A stretch of DNA of 61,440 nucleotides, counting the filler. It is 5 parts of 5 records of this genome, joined end to end, with 100 filler letters (N's around TTAATTAATTAA, not from the genome) between each part and the next. Parts side by side here need not be neighbours in the genome. Positions count along the whole stretch, not along the records: positions 12,320 to 21,270 come from DRR723986_12549; positions 21,371 to 46,543 come from DRR723986_12551; 3 more parts are not named here. One strand, given 5' to 3'. The notes under the pieces are model-generated. The model searched no databases, was not told the origin of the DNA, and saw only the letters and a list, made by a program, of their open reading frames with translations. Positions within the stretch are counted from its first letter, which is position 1; each line of letters starts with the position of its first letter. This document shows, piece by piece, positions 17,821 to 28,399 of this stretch. Both the position numbers and the translations under genes were made by a program.

Positions 17821-18927
17821 ATGCAACTCCGAAACCTCCAGGTCTTCTGCGATGTCGCCAAGCTGAATAGCTTTTCCAAGGCGGCCGAAGACAACCAAAT
17901 GACGCAAAGCGGCGTGAGCCAGGCCGTGCAGCAACTGGAAGAGCACCTGCAGGTCAAGTTGATCGATCGTCGCAAGCGCCCATTCCAACTGACGGCCGAA
18001 GGACGGTTGTTCCTGCCCGGCTGTATTCAGATCATCCGCAGCTTAGACTCACTAACTGAAGAGGTCCGTTCGGTTGGCAAAGAAATGGCTGGCCGTGCCG
18101 CGATTGCATCGATCTACAGTGTTGGCCTGAGCTATTTGCCGAAGCTGAAGAGCAAGCTCAGCCGCGAGCATGCTAAGGCGGAAGTGAGATTTCAATTCGG
18201 ACATCCTGATGAGGTCTATCGCTTGGTGGACCAGGGCATCGTGGACTTCGGGCTGGTTAGCTATCCGCAGTCCTCGGCAAGTGTCTCCGCATTTTCATGG
18301 CGGACTGAACCTATGGTGCTTGCCGCCGCTCCCAACCACCCCCTCGCCAAACTTGCGAGCGTGAGCACTCAAGATCTTTCGACTACTTCCCTAGTCGCCT
18401 TTGCGGCCCACTTGCGCATCCGCCACGAAATCGACCGCTACCTGCGCTCTCTTGGTGTGACGATGCAGATCGCCGCTGAGTTTGACAATATCGACTCGGT
18501 CAAGCATGGCATGGCGGTCCACGATGCGATTGCATTCCTGCCACAGCCAACTGTCGAAGAAGAACTTCTCGACGGTTCACTCGTCGCGCTGTCCTGCCCA
18601 TGGCTCGAACTCTCCCGGCCGCTTGGGATCATCCAACGCCGGGAAGGGACAATCGGCCGAACGGCCCGTGGCATTATGGACATGATCCTTGCCGACGGCT
18701 CAAACAACAAACGCCCCAACAGTGAACAAAACTCAACACCGGCCGAGGCTGAAACAAGCCGGAACGCTGGATTACACCAGAGCGAGGGGCACGTCGATCT
18801 CTCCAGCCCAGGTGACTCGCGTGACCGAAGCACAGCCTCGCAAGCTGCCAGCAGCGGCTCGCACAATGGACACGCTGCTGCAAACCAACACAACATCCGC
18901 GAAGACGGAATGTCGACCAGCAAGTAG
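17821..18927 (+). CDS. LysR family transcriptional regulator upstream of gltB
   Basis: Start at MQLRNLQVFCDVA; HTH SFSKAA..TQSGVSQAVQQLE; substrate-binding domain; low-complexity C-terminal tail. Confidence 0.92.
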   Translation: MQLRNLQVFCDVAKLNSFSKAAEDNQMTQSGVSQAVQQLEEHLQVKLIDRRKRPFQLTAEGRLFLPGCIQIIRSLDSLTEEVRSVGKEMAGRAAIASIYSVGLSYLPKLKSKLSREHAKAEVRFQFGHPDEVYRLVDQGIVDFGLVSYPQSSASVSAFSWRTEPMVLAAAPNHPLAKLASVSTQDLSTTSLVAFAAHLRIRHEIDRYLRSLGVTMQIAAEFDNIDSVKHGMAVHDAIAFLPQPTVEEELLDGSLVALSCPWLELSRPLGIIQRREGTIGRTARGIMDMILADGSNNKRPNSEQNSTPAEAETSRNAGLHQSEGHVDLSSPGDSRDRSTASQAASSGSHNGHAAANQHNIREDGMSTSK

Positions 18928-19029
18928 GCCAACGATCAAGACGGAATTGAGTGTCGCGTTGACGGAGCGGCACGAGCACGAAACAAGAACCGAAAACGCA
19001 AAAGCAAGATATACGGACGGGACAGAATC

Positions 19030-21270
19030 ATGAACAAACTAATGCACCTCCCGCAGCAACACGGCCTGTACGATCCGGCCAACGAAAAAGATTCCTGCGG
19101 CGTGGGCTTCGTTGCTCACATTAAAGGACATCGCAGCCACCAGAACGTTGTTGACGCCCACACTCTGTTGATGGCAATGGAGCACCGTGGTGGTTGCGGC
19201 TGCGAAAGCAACACTGGCGACGGTGCCGGAATGCTGACCGCTTTGCCTCATGAATTCATCGCCAAGGTAGCTAAACGCGACATCGGAGTTGACGTTCCGG
19301 CACCGGGCAAGTTCGGCGCTGGCATCGTCTTCTTGCCACGCGATGATGCAGAGCGCGAGACCTGCAAGCAGAAGGTCAATCAGCTCATCGAAGAACATGG
19401 GCAGAAGCTGATCGGTTGGCGCGACTGCCCTCAGGCCACCGACCAAGCTGACGTTGGCCCGGCTGCCCGTGCCGCTGAGCCAGCAATGGAGATGGTCATC
19501 GTTGGTGCCGCTGGTGGTGCTGAAGGTGAAGAGTTTGAGCGCAAGCTTTATTCGATCCGCAAGCGCAGCAGCCATCTGTTGCGCGGTGACGAGAGCCTGC
19601 ACGAGCGAAAGCTCTTCTACATCTGCAGTCTTTCGACGAAGGTAATCATCTACAAGGGCATGCTCACAACGGCTCAGGTCGTACCCTATTTTCCCGACCT
19701 GCAAGATCCTGACTACAAGACGCACCTGGCAATGGTGCACTCCCGATTTAGCACGAATACGTTCCCAAGTTGGGACCGCGCGCAACCGTTCCGCTTCATG
19801 AGCCACAACGGCGAAATCAACACGCTTCGCGGAAACAAGAACTGGATGACCGCTCGCCAAGGAAAGCTTGACGGAGAGCTGTTTGGCGAAGAACTAAAGG
19901 ACCTCTTCCCGGTATGCGAACCAGACTGCAGCGACTCTGGCACGTTCGATAACGTCCTAGAATTCTTGCTCATGAACGGGCGGACCCTTCAAGAAGCCGT
20001 CATGATGATGGTCCCCGAAGCCTGGCAGAAGCACGACACGATGAGCGAAAGCAAGCGTGCATTCTACGAGTACCAATCCTGTGTGATGGAACCGTGGGAC
20101 GGCCCAGCATCCATCAGCTTCACCGACGGTCATTACATCGGCGCGGTTCTCGACCGAAACGGGCTCCGCCCAAGCCGCTATTACATCACGCATGACGACC
20201 GCGTGATCATGGCTAGCGAGGTTGGCGCACTTCCGGTCGAACCTGAGAACGTCAAGGCAAAGGGACGACTTCAACCAGGGCAGATGTTCCTAGTCGATTT
20301 CGAAGAAGGACGTTTGATTCCTGATGAAGAATTGAAGCAAACATTCGCTGAAAAACGCGACTATAAAGGCTGGCTTTCCGAGCAACGAATTGAACTTGGG
20401 GAACTACCCAAGGCAGACGATTCACACGGCTTTGACCCTGACACGCTCTTGGCCCGGATGCAAGCCTTTGGCTACACAACCGAGACGATGCAATTCATGC
20501 TCATGCCACTGATTCGCGACAAACGCGACCCAGTTGGATCGATGGGCAATGACAGCGCGTTGGCGTGCCTGAGCGATAAACCGCGTCTGCTATACGACTA
20601 CTTCAAGCAACTCTTCGCGCAGGTGACCAACCCGGCCATCGACTCGATCCGCGAAGAGATCATCATGTCGCTGGAATGCTACATTGGCCCTGAAGCTAAT
20701 CTACTGACCGTTACACCCGAGCACGCTCACCGGCTGTTGATCCCGCATCCGATCCTAACCAATGAGGAACTGGCGGCTCTCAAGAAGCTAGACCATCGGG
20801 GATGGAAGACTAAGACGATCGACATTACTTTCGATCGCACCGGTGGGAAGACGGGCATGCTGGAAGCGCTGGATCGCATTTGCGGTGAAGCAGAACAGGC
20901 GATCAAAGACGGCTATTCGCTCGTCACGCTTTCAGATCGCGCTGTCTCAGCAGACCGCGCTCCTCTGCCAACACTCCTCGCTTCGTCGACCGTTCACCAT
21001 TACCTCGTTAAGAACAGCCTCCGAACCCAAATCGGCATCGTCATCGAAAGCGGTGAAGCTCGTGAAGTCCATCACTTCTGCTTGCTGGTTGGATACGGGG
21101 CCGACGCAATCAACCCATACCTCGCTTTTGAATCGCTTTGGCAAGCTCGCCGCGACGGGCTGATTGACACCGAAGAATTTAGCGATGACGACAAAGTCGT
21201 GGCTGCATTCCGCAAGGGTGTCGCTAAGGGCATGCTTAAGGTTATGGCGAAGATGGGCATCTCGACGCTG
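19030..21270 (+). CDS. gltB: Glutamate synthase large subunit, 3' truncated
   Basis: EKDSCGVGF Ntn-amidotransferase start, HSRFSTNT, HNGEINT, EPWDGP, DRNGLRP, QVTNP, KMGIST. Confidence 0.97.
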
Positions 21271-21370
21271 NNNNNNNNNNNNNNNNNNNNNNNNNNNNNN
21301 NNNNNNNNNNNNNNTTAATTAATTAANNNNNNNNNNNNNNNNNNNNNNNNNNNNNNNNNNNNNNNNNNNN
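21271..21370. other. Artificial contig spacer
   Basis: N-run with TTAATTAATTAA linker. Confidence 0.98.
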
Positions 21371-21469
21371 AAGCTTAACACCATTAACTAAAAAGACTGT
21401 AACAGGTGTTTTGGTTTTTCTTACCGTGTTGAGAAATACATCTTGAAGGTTTTGATTTTTTTCTGACAT
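21371..21469 (-). CDS. hfq: RNA chaperone Hfq, N-terminal part only (absent from the ORF track)
   Basis: Reverse strand reads [33 protein letters not shown]; ntrX-trkA-trkH-hfq synteny. Confidence 0.93.
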
Positions 21470-21615
21470 GCTTTTTCTTTTTCTTGTTTAATTTCTCTGT
21501 TTATTCGTCAATTTACTAGGTAATTAGCCTAATAAATATCAGCTTTATACCCTTATGTCCCTGCGCTAACACTATATGTCAGACCGATAGAGCATTGGTC
21601 AACAAGCTTTTATGA

Positions 21616-23058
21616 TTATCCACGCCAAAGCGCCTTAGCAAACAACGCCATAAAAATTGGCGCTTCTATTCTACCAACAAGCATCAAAAGACTAAGAATT
21701 AAATAATCGACCTGAGCCAAGCTGGCATATCCTGCAAATTCTGGATCTGCACTTGTTGCCAGTGGGCCTGAAAGAGTTATCGCTGTAAATGCCAGTGTTA
21801 GGGCATCTTGAAAGTGAATACCAAGAACCGCCAAGCAAATAACACCGACGGCCATAATTAAGATGAAAGAGCCCAAAAGAAGCCAGATTGCATTTACATC
21901 AACCTTTTCTGCTAAAGCCTTACCGTATGTAACCGCGTGCACACCGTTGGGGTGGGCCAATCTATCGACTTCAGCCCTGCCAAGCCGATAGATTAATAAC
22001 ACGCGCATTTGTTTCAAACCGCCTGAAGTGCCCGCAATTGCACCGCCCACTGCGGCTAGCAGCATTAATATAATTGCAACCGAAAGCGCGTTATCAGCAC
22101 CCAGTTCAGACACTTCTAATGGCATGCTGCCATATGTGGAAAGCGCTGATGTCGCAGCAAATACTAGGGCCATAATATCTGAGAACGAAACATCCATCAG
22201 AATAGCCAAGAAAAATATTCCAATACCTATAGCAAGCAAGCTTGTCCTGAGTTCTCGGTCTTGCTTGAACTTGAGTGAATATGTTTTGCTGCGCAATTGA
22301 TGGAAGTCCCAGTTTGACAAGCCAGTCAACAGGAAGACTGCTAATATTAATTGAGCTAAAGGCCCCTGCTCATGAATCAACGCGTCAGGCACAATGCCAG
22401 ACGTGCTAACCGCAGACAATGCGAGTATAAGAGCATTAAATGTTGTATTGTCCGAAAACCACAACAAGAGGAAGCACATCAATGTCGCAATACAATAAAC
22501 TGGCAACAAGGCCATTGTTGTAGCCCTCAACCGTTGGTATCCGGTTTTAGTATCGCCCAAGTTCAGCGGCGAACGATGTAATTGCATAGCCCCGCTGTTC
22601 ATAGCCATTAACAATGATAGCGCGAAAGCAACAGCCATCATGCCCCCTGCCCAGCTAGTGAGTGCTCGCCATAGTAACACCGACGAATAGTCTTCTACTG
22701 TACCTTCATAAGCTGTTGAGCCATTTGTGGTAATTTGAGACATGCCATCATAAAATGATGTAAGAAAACCACTATCTGGAAACAAGAAAAACAATGGTAA
22801 TCCAGCCATTAATGCTGCTGTGATAATTGCTACCATAGGCAAAAAAATCGTTAACCTTGGCACTCTTACACGCTCTGTTGACCTGAAACCCAAATATAAG
22901 GCACCGCCAATTAGAAATGCTATGGCTGTTGACGCTGAAAAACTTCCAAAGGCTCTGGTTTCACCGCTAAATGCAGCAAAGGCCAATGGCACAAGTTGTA
23001 GACAAGCCAGAACCAGTATCCATGAACCTATTAAGTAAAATAGTCGGCTTTTCCACAT
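21616..23058 (-). CDS. trkH: TrkH family potassium uptake membrane protein
   Basis: Multi-TM; GGAIAGTSGGLKQMR, LAHP, LMLVGRIE; downstream of trkA. Confidence 0.88.
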   Translation of the reverse strand: MWKSRLFYLIGSWILVLACLQLVPLAFAAFSGETRAFGSFSASTAIAFLIGGALYLGFRSTERVRVPRLTIFLPMVAIITAALMAGLPLFFLFPDSGFLTSFYDGMSQITTNGSTAYEGTVEDYSSVLLWRALTSWAGGMMAVAFALSLLMAMNSGAMQLHRSPLNLGDTKTGYQRLRATTMALLPVYCIATLMCFLLLWFSDNTTFNALILALSAVSTSGIVPDALIHEQGPLAQLILAVFLLTGLSNWDFHQLRSKTYSLKFKQDRELRTSLLAIGIGIFFLAILMDVSFSDIMALVFAATSALSTYGSMPLEVSELGADNALSVAIILMLLAAVGGAIAGTSGGLKQMRVLLIYRLGRAEVDRLAHPNGVHAVTYGKALAEKVDVNAIWLLLGSFILIMAVGVICLAVLGIHFQDALTLAFTAITLSGPLATSADPEFAGYASLAQVDYLILSLLMLVGRIEAPIFMALFAKALWRG

Positions 23059-23084
23059 ATTGGCGTTTGCCTAACTCAATGACG

Positions 23085-24461
23085 CTAAAACAAATCTGCG
23101 CGAGCGGAAAACAATTGCTCAACCTTCTTAACAGATTGTGCAATTGCTAAAAATACAACATGGTCGCCGCTAAGAAGCTGTGTCTCCGATGAAGGAACAA
23201 TTGTTTCACCGTCTCGAACAATCATACCAAACTTAACTTCACCATGTAGGCGCAATTCCCCAATGGTTTTTTGCGCAACTTCTGAACCAGCAATAACCTC
23301 AGCTTCAATAATTTCAGCCTGACCGTTAAAAAGGCTATATAGATCGCGAATACGGCCGCGTCTTACATGCCGCACGATAGAAGAAACAGTTGTTTCTCGC
23401 GGATCAATAGCAATATCTATCCCCAGAGAGCCAACCAGGTTTCCGTATATTGGGTTGTTCATTAAGGTGATTGCAGTGACCCCACCTTGTTGCTTTGCCA
23501 AAAGTGCGGAGAGAATATTCACCTCATCATCGTCTGCAACCGAAACAACTGTGTCAACTTGCTCAATATTTGCTTCTAAAAGTATGTCGCGGTTTAAAGC
23601 ATCACCATTAATAACAACCGTTTTTTCAAGGGTTTCCGCTATTTTTTTCGCGCGGTCAGTATCTACCTCAATTAGTTTGACATTTGGGCTTCGGTCGCTT
23701 TTTTCCAGCATCTCCGCCAATGCAAGGCCCACACTACCGCCACCAACAATTACAATTCTTTGTGCCTTTTGTTCTTCATGACCAAAAACAGCCATCGACC
23801 GTTCAGTAGTTGAGGCTTCAACCGCTATAATAATAGCGTCTCCAGATTGTAGCTGATCATCGCTTCTTGGGACAAAAAGCCTATCACCTCGTTGTACGGC
23901 AACGACAATAGTTCGCAAGTTTGGAAACAACTCAGAAAGCTGGCGTAGAGGCGTATCAAGAACAGGACAATCATCTTCAAGGATAAGCCCAATCATCCGA
24001 ACTTTACCACCAACAAACGGAATCATATTAAAGGCCCCAGGAACCTCCAGGCGCCTAGCTAAGGCCTCAGCAACCTCCAATTCCGGCGAAATCACCACAT
24101 CTATTGGTAAATTGTCCCGAGAAAATAAATCGCGCCAGTTTGGATCAAGATAAAGCTGGTTGCGAACCCGAGCAATTTTTGTAGGTATACTAAACAATGA
24201 GTGAGCAACCTGACAGGCAATCATGTTTACTTCATCAGACAATGTAACAGCTACAAGCAGATCTGCATCTGATGCGCCAGCTTTAGATAGCATATTGGGG
24301 TCTGACCCATGACCAACCAATGCCTGAACATCTAAACTTTCACTGATTTTACGGATCAATTTTACTGACCGGTCAATTACAGTAACATCATTCTTTTGGT
24401 CAGCTAGGTGTTTAGCAATATTGAAGCCCACCTGCCCTGCACCACAAACAATAACTTTCAT
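23085..24461 (-). CDS. trkA: Trk system potassium uptake regulatory protein
   Basis: Two RCK domains: MKVIVCGAGQVG and IVIVGGGSVG. Confidence 0.96.
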   Translation of the reverse strand: MKVIVCGAGQVGFNIAKHLADQKNDVTVIDRSVKLIRKISESLDVQALVGHGSDPNMLSKAGASDADLLVAVTLSDEVNMIACQVAHSLFSIPTKIARVRNQLYLDPNWRDLFSRDNLPIDVVISPELEVAEALARRLEVPGAFNMIPFVGGKVRMIGLILEDDCPVLDTPLRQLSELFPNLRTIVVAVQRGDRLFVPRSDDQLQSGDAIIIAVEASTTERSMAVFGHEEQKAQRIVIVGGGSVGLALAEMLEKSDRSPNVKLIEVDTDRAKKIAETLEKTVVINGDALNRDILLEANIEQVDTVVSVADDDEVNILSALLAKQQGGVTAITLMNNPIYGNLVGSLGIDIAIDPRETTVSSIVRHVRRGRIRDLYSLFNGQAEIIEAEVIAGSEVAQKTIGELRLHGEVKFGMIVRDGETIVPSSETQLLSGDHVVFLAIAQSVKKVEQLFSARADLF

Positions 24462-24521
24462 AATTCGTAATCCGATCCGATACTCACTAATGCGGAATGG
24501 TTAAACACATCACCAGCAGAA

Positions 24522-25910
24522 TTAAGTGTCGTTTTCCTGTCTGTTTCCTGAAAGGCCAAGGGACTTTAGTTTTCTATGAAGCGCTGAACGTTCCATGCCA
24601 ATGAAGGCGGCTGTTCGGGAAATATTTCCACTAAATCGATTGATTTGAACTTTTAAATACTCTCGCTCGAACGCTTCACGAGCTTCGCGTAATGGCGTTG
24701 TCATTATAGCATTATTACTGCTGGTTTGTAGTAAATCATCTGGCGTCATTTTTACCTCTTGGGGTAAATCATCAGCTGTAATTTCTGCACCTAATTCTTC
24801 TGGTCCCATAATAATAACGCGTTCCATAACGTTTTTCAGTTGTCGCACGTTACCGGGCCAATCATAGGATTGAAGGGCCGCAATCGCATCGCTTCCAAGT
24901 ATTGAACGCGCCCTACCTGTTGCCACAGCAAGAGAATCCAAAAAACCTTGCGCCAGAGATGGAATGTCTTCACGTCGCTCGCTTAAAGACGCCATAGCGA
25001 GAGGAACAACGTTAAGTCTGTGATATAAATCTTCTCTGAAGCGGCCTTCAGCAATTTCATGCACTAGGTCTCGGCTGGTCGCTGAAATTACCCTAACATC
25101 TACCTTTACACCTGTGTTACCACCCACTCGCTCAAATGCCTGATCAGTTAAAACGCGCAAGATTTTTCCCTGCGTTGGTAATGGCATGTCAGCAACTTCA
25201 TCAATAAATAATGTTCCGCCGTGGGCTCTTTCAAAAAGGCCTGTTTTTACCACACCGCCGTTTTGCTCAACGCCAAACAGCTCTTGTTCCATTCTGTGCG
25301 GTTCCATGGATGCGGCGCTAACAATAATGAAAGAACCGTTTGATCGATTAGATCTAAAGTGTATTTGTCTTGCCGCAACCTCTTTACCACTGCCTGAGGC
25401 ACCTTGGATAAGAACTCGGCTGTTTGTTGCGGCAACTTTTTCGATGCTTTGCCTTAGGTTATTAATGACCGCAGATCGGCCAGTAATATCAACAGAAAAG
25501 GCAGATCTCTTTTTTAATTCCTCATTTTCGCGGCGAAGTCGTTCTGCCTCCGTTGCGCGTTGAACAGTTATTAAAAGTTGATCGGCTTCAAATGGTTTTT
25601 CAATGAAGTCGTAAGCGCCTTTTTTAATCGCAGCCACGGCGGTCTCAATATTTCCGTGCCCGGAAATAACAATGACAGGTAAATCCTTGTGGCGCGACTT
25701 GACCAATTCAAGAATTTCGAGGCCATCAAGTTTGCTGCCCTGCAACCAAATATCAAGAATCATTAATGATGGCAGCCTCGCTTCAATTTCTGCGAGTCCT
25801 CCGTCACTATTGGCGGCGGTACGCGTGGCATAGCCTTCGTCTTCAAGAATGCCGGCAATCAAATCTCTGATGTCTGCTTCGTCGTCAATAATTAGAATGT
25901 CTAGCGCCAT
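24522..25910 (-). CDS. ntrX: Response regulator NtrX (alternative start 25919)
   Basis: REC LDIWLQGS, AAA+ GASGSGKE without GAFTGA, HTH MERSALHRKLK; follows ntrY. Confidence 0.95.
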   Translation of the reverse strand: MALDILIIDDEADIRDLIAGILEDEGYATRTAANSDGGLAEIEARLPSLMILDIWLQGSKLDGLEILELVKSRHKDLPVIVISGHGNIETAVAAIKKGAYDFIEKPFEADQLLITVQRATEAERLRRENEELKKRSAFSVDITGRSAVINNLRQSIEKVAATNSRVLIQGASGSGKEVAARQIHFRSNRSNGSFIIVSAASMEPHRMEQELFGVEQNGGVVKTGLFERAHGGTLFIDEVADMPLPTQGKILRVLTDQAFERVGGNTGVKVDVRVISATSRDLVHEIAEGRFREDLYHRLNVVPLAMASLSERREDIPSLAQGFLDSLAVATGRARSILGSDAIAALQSYDWPGNVRQLKNVMERVIIMGPEELGAEITADDLPQEVKMTPDDLLQTSSNNAIMTTPLREAREAFEREYLKVQINRFSGNISRTAAFIGMERSALHRKLKSLGLSGNRQENDT

Positions 25911-25935
25911 ATGCGGCATTATCCTTTAAAAAGTG

Positions 25936-28278
25936 TTATTCTGCAGCTGTCGGCTGATCATTTACAGCCTGATTTTCTTCGGATTCTTCTGCCCGTTTAT
26001 CTAATGTTTGATGTGAGAATGTAAGAACTACTCGAGCTCCCATTGGCGTCCTGTCTGCAATGCGTACTGAGCCACCATGTTCTTCCATAATGCGCCTGAC
26101 AATTGCCAAACCAAGCCCTGTACCCTTAGAGCGCGTAGTTACATATGGTTCCATCAATCTTGACTTCTGCGCTGCAGGAAGGCCAAGCCCATTGTCTTCA
26201 ATCTTAATAATTGTTTTGTCTTCTGTTTGCGTGAGTGTTGTGTGAACAAAACCAGGCTCAGGATTCTTGCTGCCTTCGTCTTGATCTCTTGAAACTCTTG
26301 CATGCACAGCCTCGCCTGCGTTTTTAAGAACGTTTGTTAAGGCCTGTCCTATCAAGCGCCCATCGCATTTGATAGAACTATAAACACCGTCTAATTCGCT
26401 GGTGAAATTCACGTTTGGCGCGGCAACTTCTTGCAAAAATACTGACTGTCTTGTGACATCTGCAATGTCGGTATCGCGGTATATTGGTGATGGCATTCTG
26501 GAGAAAGAGGAAAATTCATCAACCATGCGCCTTAGGTTGCCAACTTGGCGAACAATTGTATCGGTACATTTACCAAATATATCTGGATCAGATGTAATTT
26601 CTTTGGCGTACTTGCGTTTTATTCGTTCAGCAGACAGCTGAATCGGCGTGAGAGGGTTCTTAATTTCATGGGCAATGCGTCTAGCCACATCTGCCCAAGC
26701 AGCTGTCCTTTGGTCTGCAAGTTGCTCAGTTAAATCATCAAACGTAACAACATAACCGCCAATAGAGTTGTCAGGCTGTCTTTCCGCAAAGACACGAACC
26801 ATCAGCGTGCGAATTTCACCTTCAATATCAATCTGAACTTCGCCTTTTGCTTCATCTTCAGCAGACTGTTCACTTTGCTCAATAATGTCGATGAAGTCAG
26901 GCACGACGTCGGTCAATTTTTTTTGCATTAAATCTTCTGGCGTCAGGTTAAGTAAGCTTAAGGCAGACCTGTTAGGCAAAAACACTGTACCGTCTTGCTT
27001 AAGGCCCATTACACCCGCAGAAACACCTTCTAGCACTTCTTCCAGAAAACGCCGACGTTCATCCATTTCGGTGTTGGCTTCAATCAGCGCATATTGGTGC
27101 TTGGCCAGTTGATCTGTCATGCGGTTAAAGGCGCGGCTGAGTGTACCAACCTCATCACCTGATGATACGTCTGGCACACGCGCATTCAAGTCGCCTTGTC
27201 CAACCCTGTCAGCAGCATCAACCAGATTTGAAAGCGGGTTAACCAATCGGCTTGAAAACCAAAGACCAATCCACATTGCGGCTAGTAGTATTAAAAGCGC
27301 GATGATGATGAAGACTACATTAAATTGCAGTTGAATATCACTTCTTTGCCCTTCCAGGTTGTCGTAGTCAGCAACTGCCGAACGTGTTGCTGAAAGATAG
27401 CCAAGTACTTGAGGACTGAGATCGCGAGATACATACAGATAGGTGGGCCTGAAGAAACCTGACAATTTAATAAGGCCAGAAACCGTATTGTTTTCAGCAT
27501 CAGTAGATATAACTGTAACACCCGAAGAAGCGCGGGTTAGTAGGTCTGTAGCAATACGCGGCGTGGTGAAGGTTAATCCATCATTAGCGCCAGCAAGAAT
27601 TGAGCCCTCTTCTCCAACAGGCTGTTCAATAATCACCAGTTCCGATAGAAGTCGTGTACTCAAGGCGGTTTCCGCGACACGCTGTAGCGTTATCTGATCT
27701 CTTTGCTGCGTAAAATTAAGTTGGTTATATGCAAAAGCGATTTTAAGCATATCTTTTTCAATATTTACACGGTGTTCAATTTCATATGTTTCTGCAACTT
27801 CGAGCGAATTGTTTAAGGCAAAACGAATTTTTTCACTGAACCACTGCTGAATACCAAATTCTAAAAACAGTGCTGAAAAAACTGTCATAATAATTGGCGG
27901 TACAATCGCAATAGCAATAAAAAAGCCTGTTACTTTTGCCTGAAGACGGGAACCAGCTTTCATGCCCTTCCGGGAATTCCAAATTCTTACAAACCAGCGG
28001 CCTATTGCAACACCTAGTGCTAATAATAGGGCGAGATTGATTGCCAGCATTACACGCATCGTTTGACCCGACGTCACCTCGGTCGGTGCCGATTTTTGCG
28101 ACATGGTAATGTAGGTTGCTATCGCAGAAATAACTGCCAGAACAGACAAAAGAACTTCTAGGCGAGCTGCCAACTTCAACCGGCGTGACCAAAGCATAAA
28201 CTTCGCCCAACGCCGGTTTGGCAGCTTTGGTGTCGCGGCAAGTAAATCACGAGATTCTTTACGGTTTACAGTCGTCAT
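25936..28278 (-). CDS. ntrY: Sensor histidine kinase NtrY
   Basis: TM segments, HAMP, PAS, AWADVARRIAHEIKNPLTPIQLSAER, GTGLGL. Confidence 0.95.
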   Translation of the reverse strand: MTTVNRKESRDLLAATPKLPNRRWAKFMLWSRRLKLAARLEVLLSVLAVISAIATYITMSQKSAPTEVTSGQTMRVMLAINLALLLALGVAIGRWFVRIWNSRKGMKAGSRLQAKVTGFFIAIAIVPPIIMTVFSALFLEFGIQQWFSEKIRFALNNSLEVAETYEIEHRVNIEKDMLKIAFAYNQLNFTQQRDQITLQRVAETALSTRLLSELVIIEQPVGEEGSILAGANDGLTFTTPRIATDLLTRASSGVTVISTDAENNTVSGLIKLSGFFRPTYLYVSRDLSPQVLGYLSATRSAVADYDNLEGQRSDIQLQFNVVFIIIALLILLAAMWIGLWFSSRLVNPLSNLVDAADRVGQGDLNARVPDVSSGDEVGTLSRAFNRMTDQLAKHQYALIEANTEMDERRRFLEEVLEGVSAGVMGLKQDGTVFLPNRSALSLLNLTPEDLMQKKLTDVVPDFIDIIEQSEQSAEDEAKGEVQIDIEGEIRTLMVRVFAERQPDNSIGGYVVTFDDLTEQLADQRTAAWADVARRIAHEIKNPLTPIQLSAERIKRKYAKEITSDPDIFGKCTDTIVRQVGNLRRMVDEFSSFSRMPSPIYRDTDIADVTRQSVFLQEVAAPNVNFTSELDGVYSSIKCDGRLIGQALTNVLKNAGEAVHARVSRDQDEGSKNPEPGFVHTTLTQTEDKTIIKIEDNGLGLPAAQKSRLMEPYVTTRSKGTGLGLAIVRRIMEEHGGSVRIADRTPMGARVVLTFSHQTLDKRAEESEENQAVNDQPTAAE

Positions 28279-28399
28279 AGATCCTATGATGCAGATTTGT
28301 CACTATTGTTCCACATATATCACAAAGAAAATTACGCATATATGCTAAGTAACTATAATCATTATGAAAAAAGCAGAAATCTTTGCAGGCAGGTATGTA

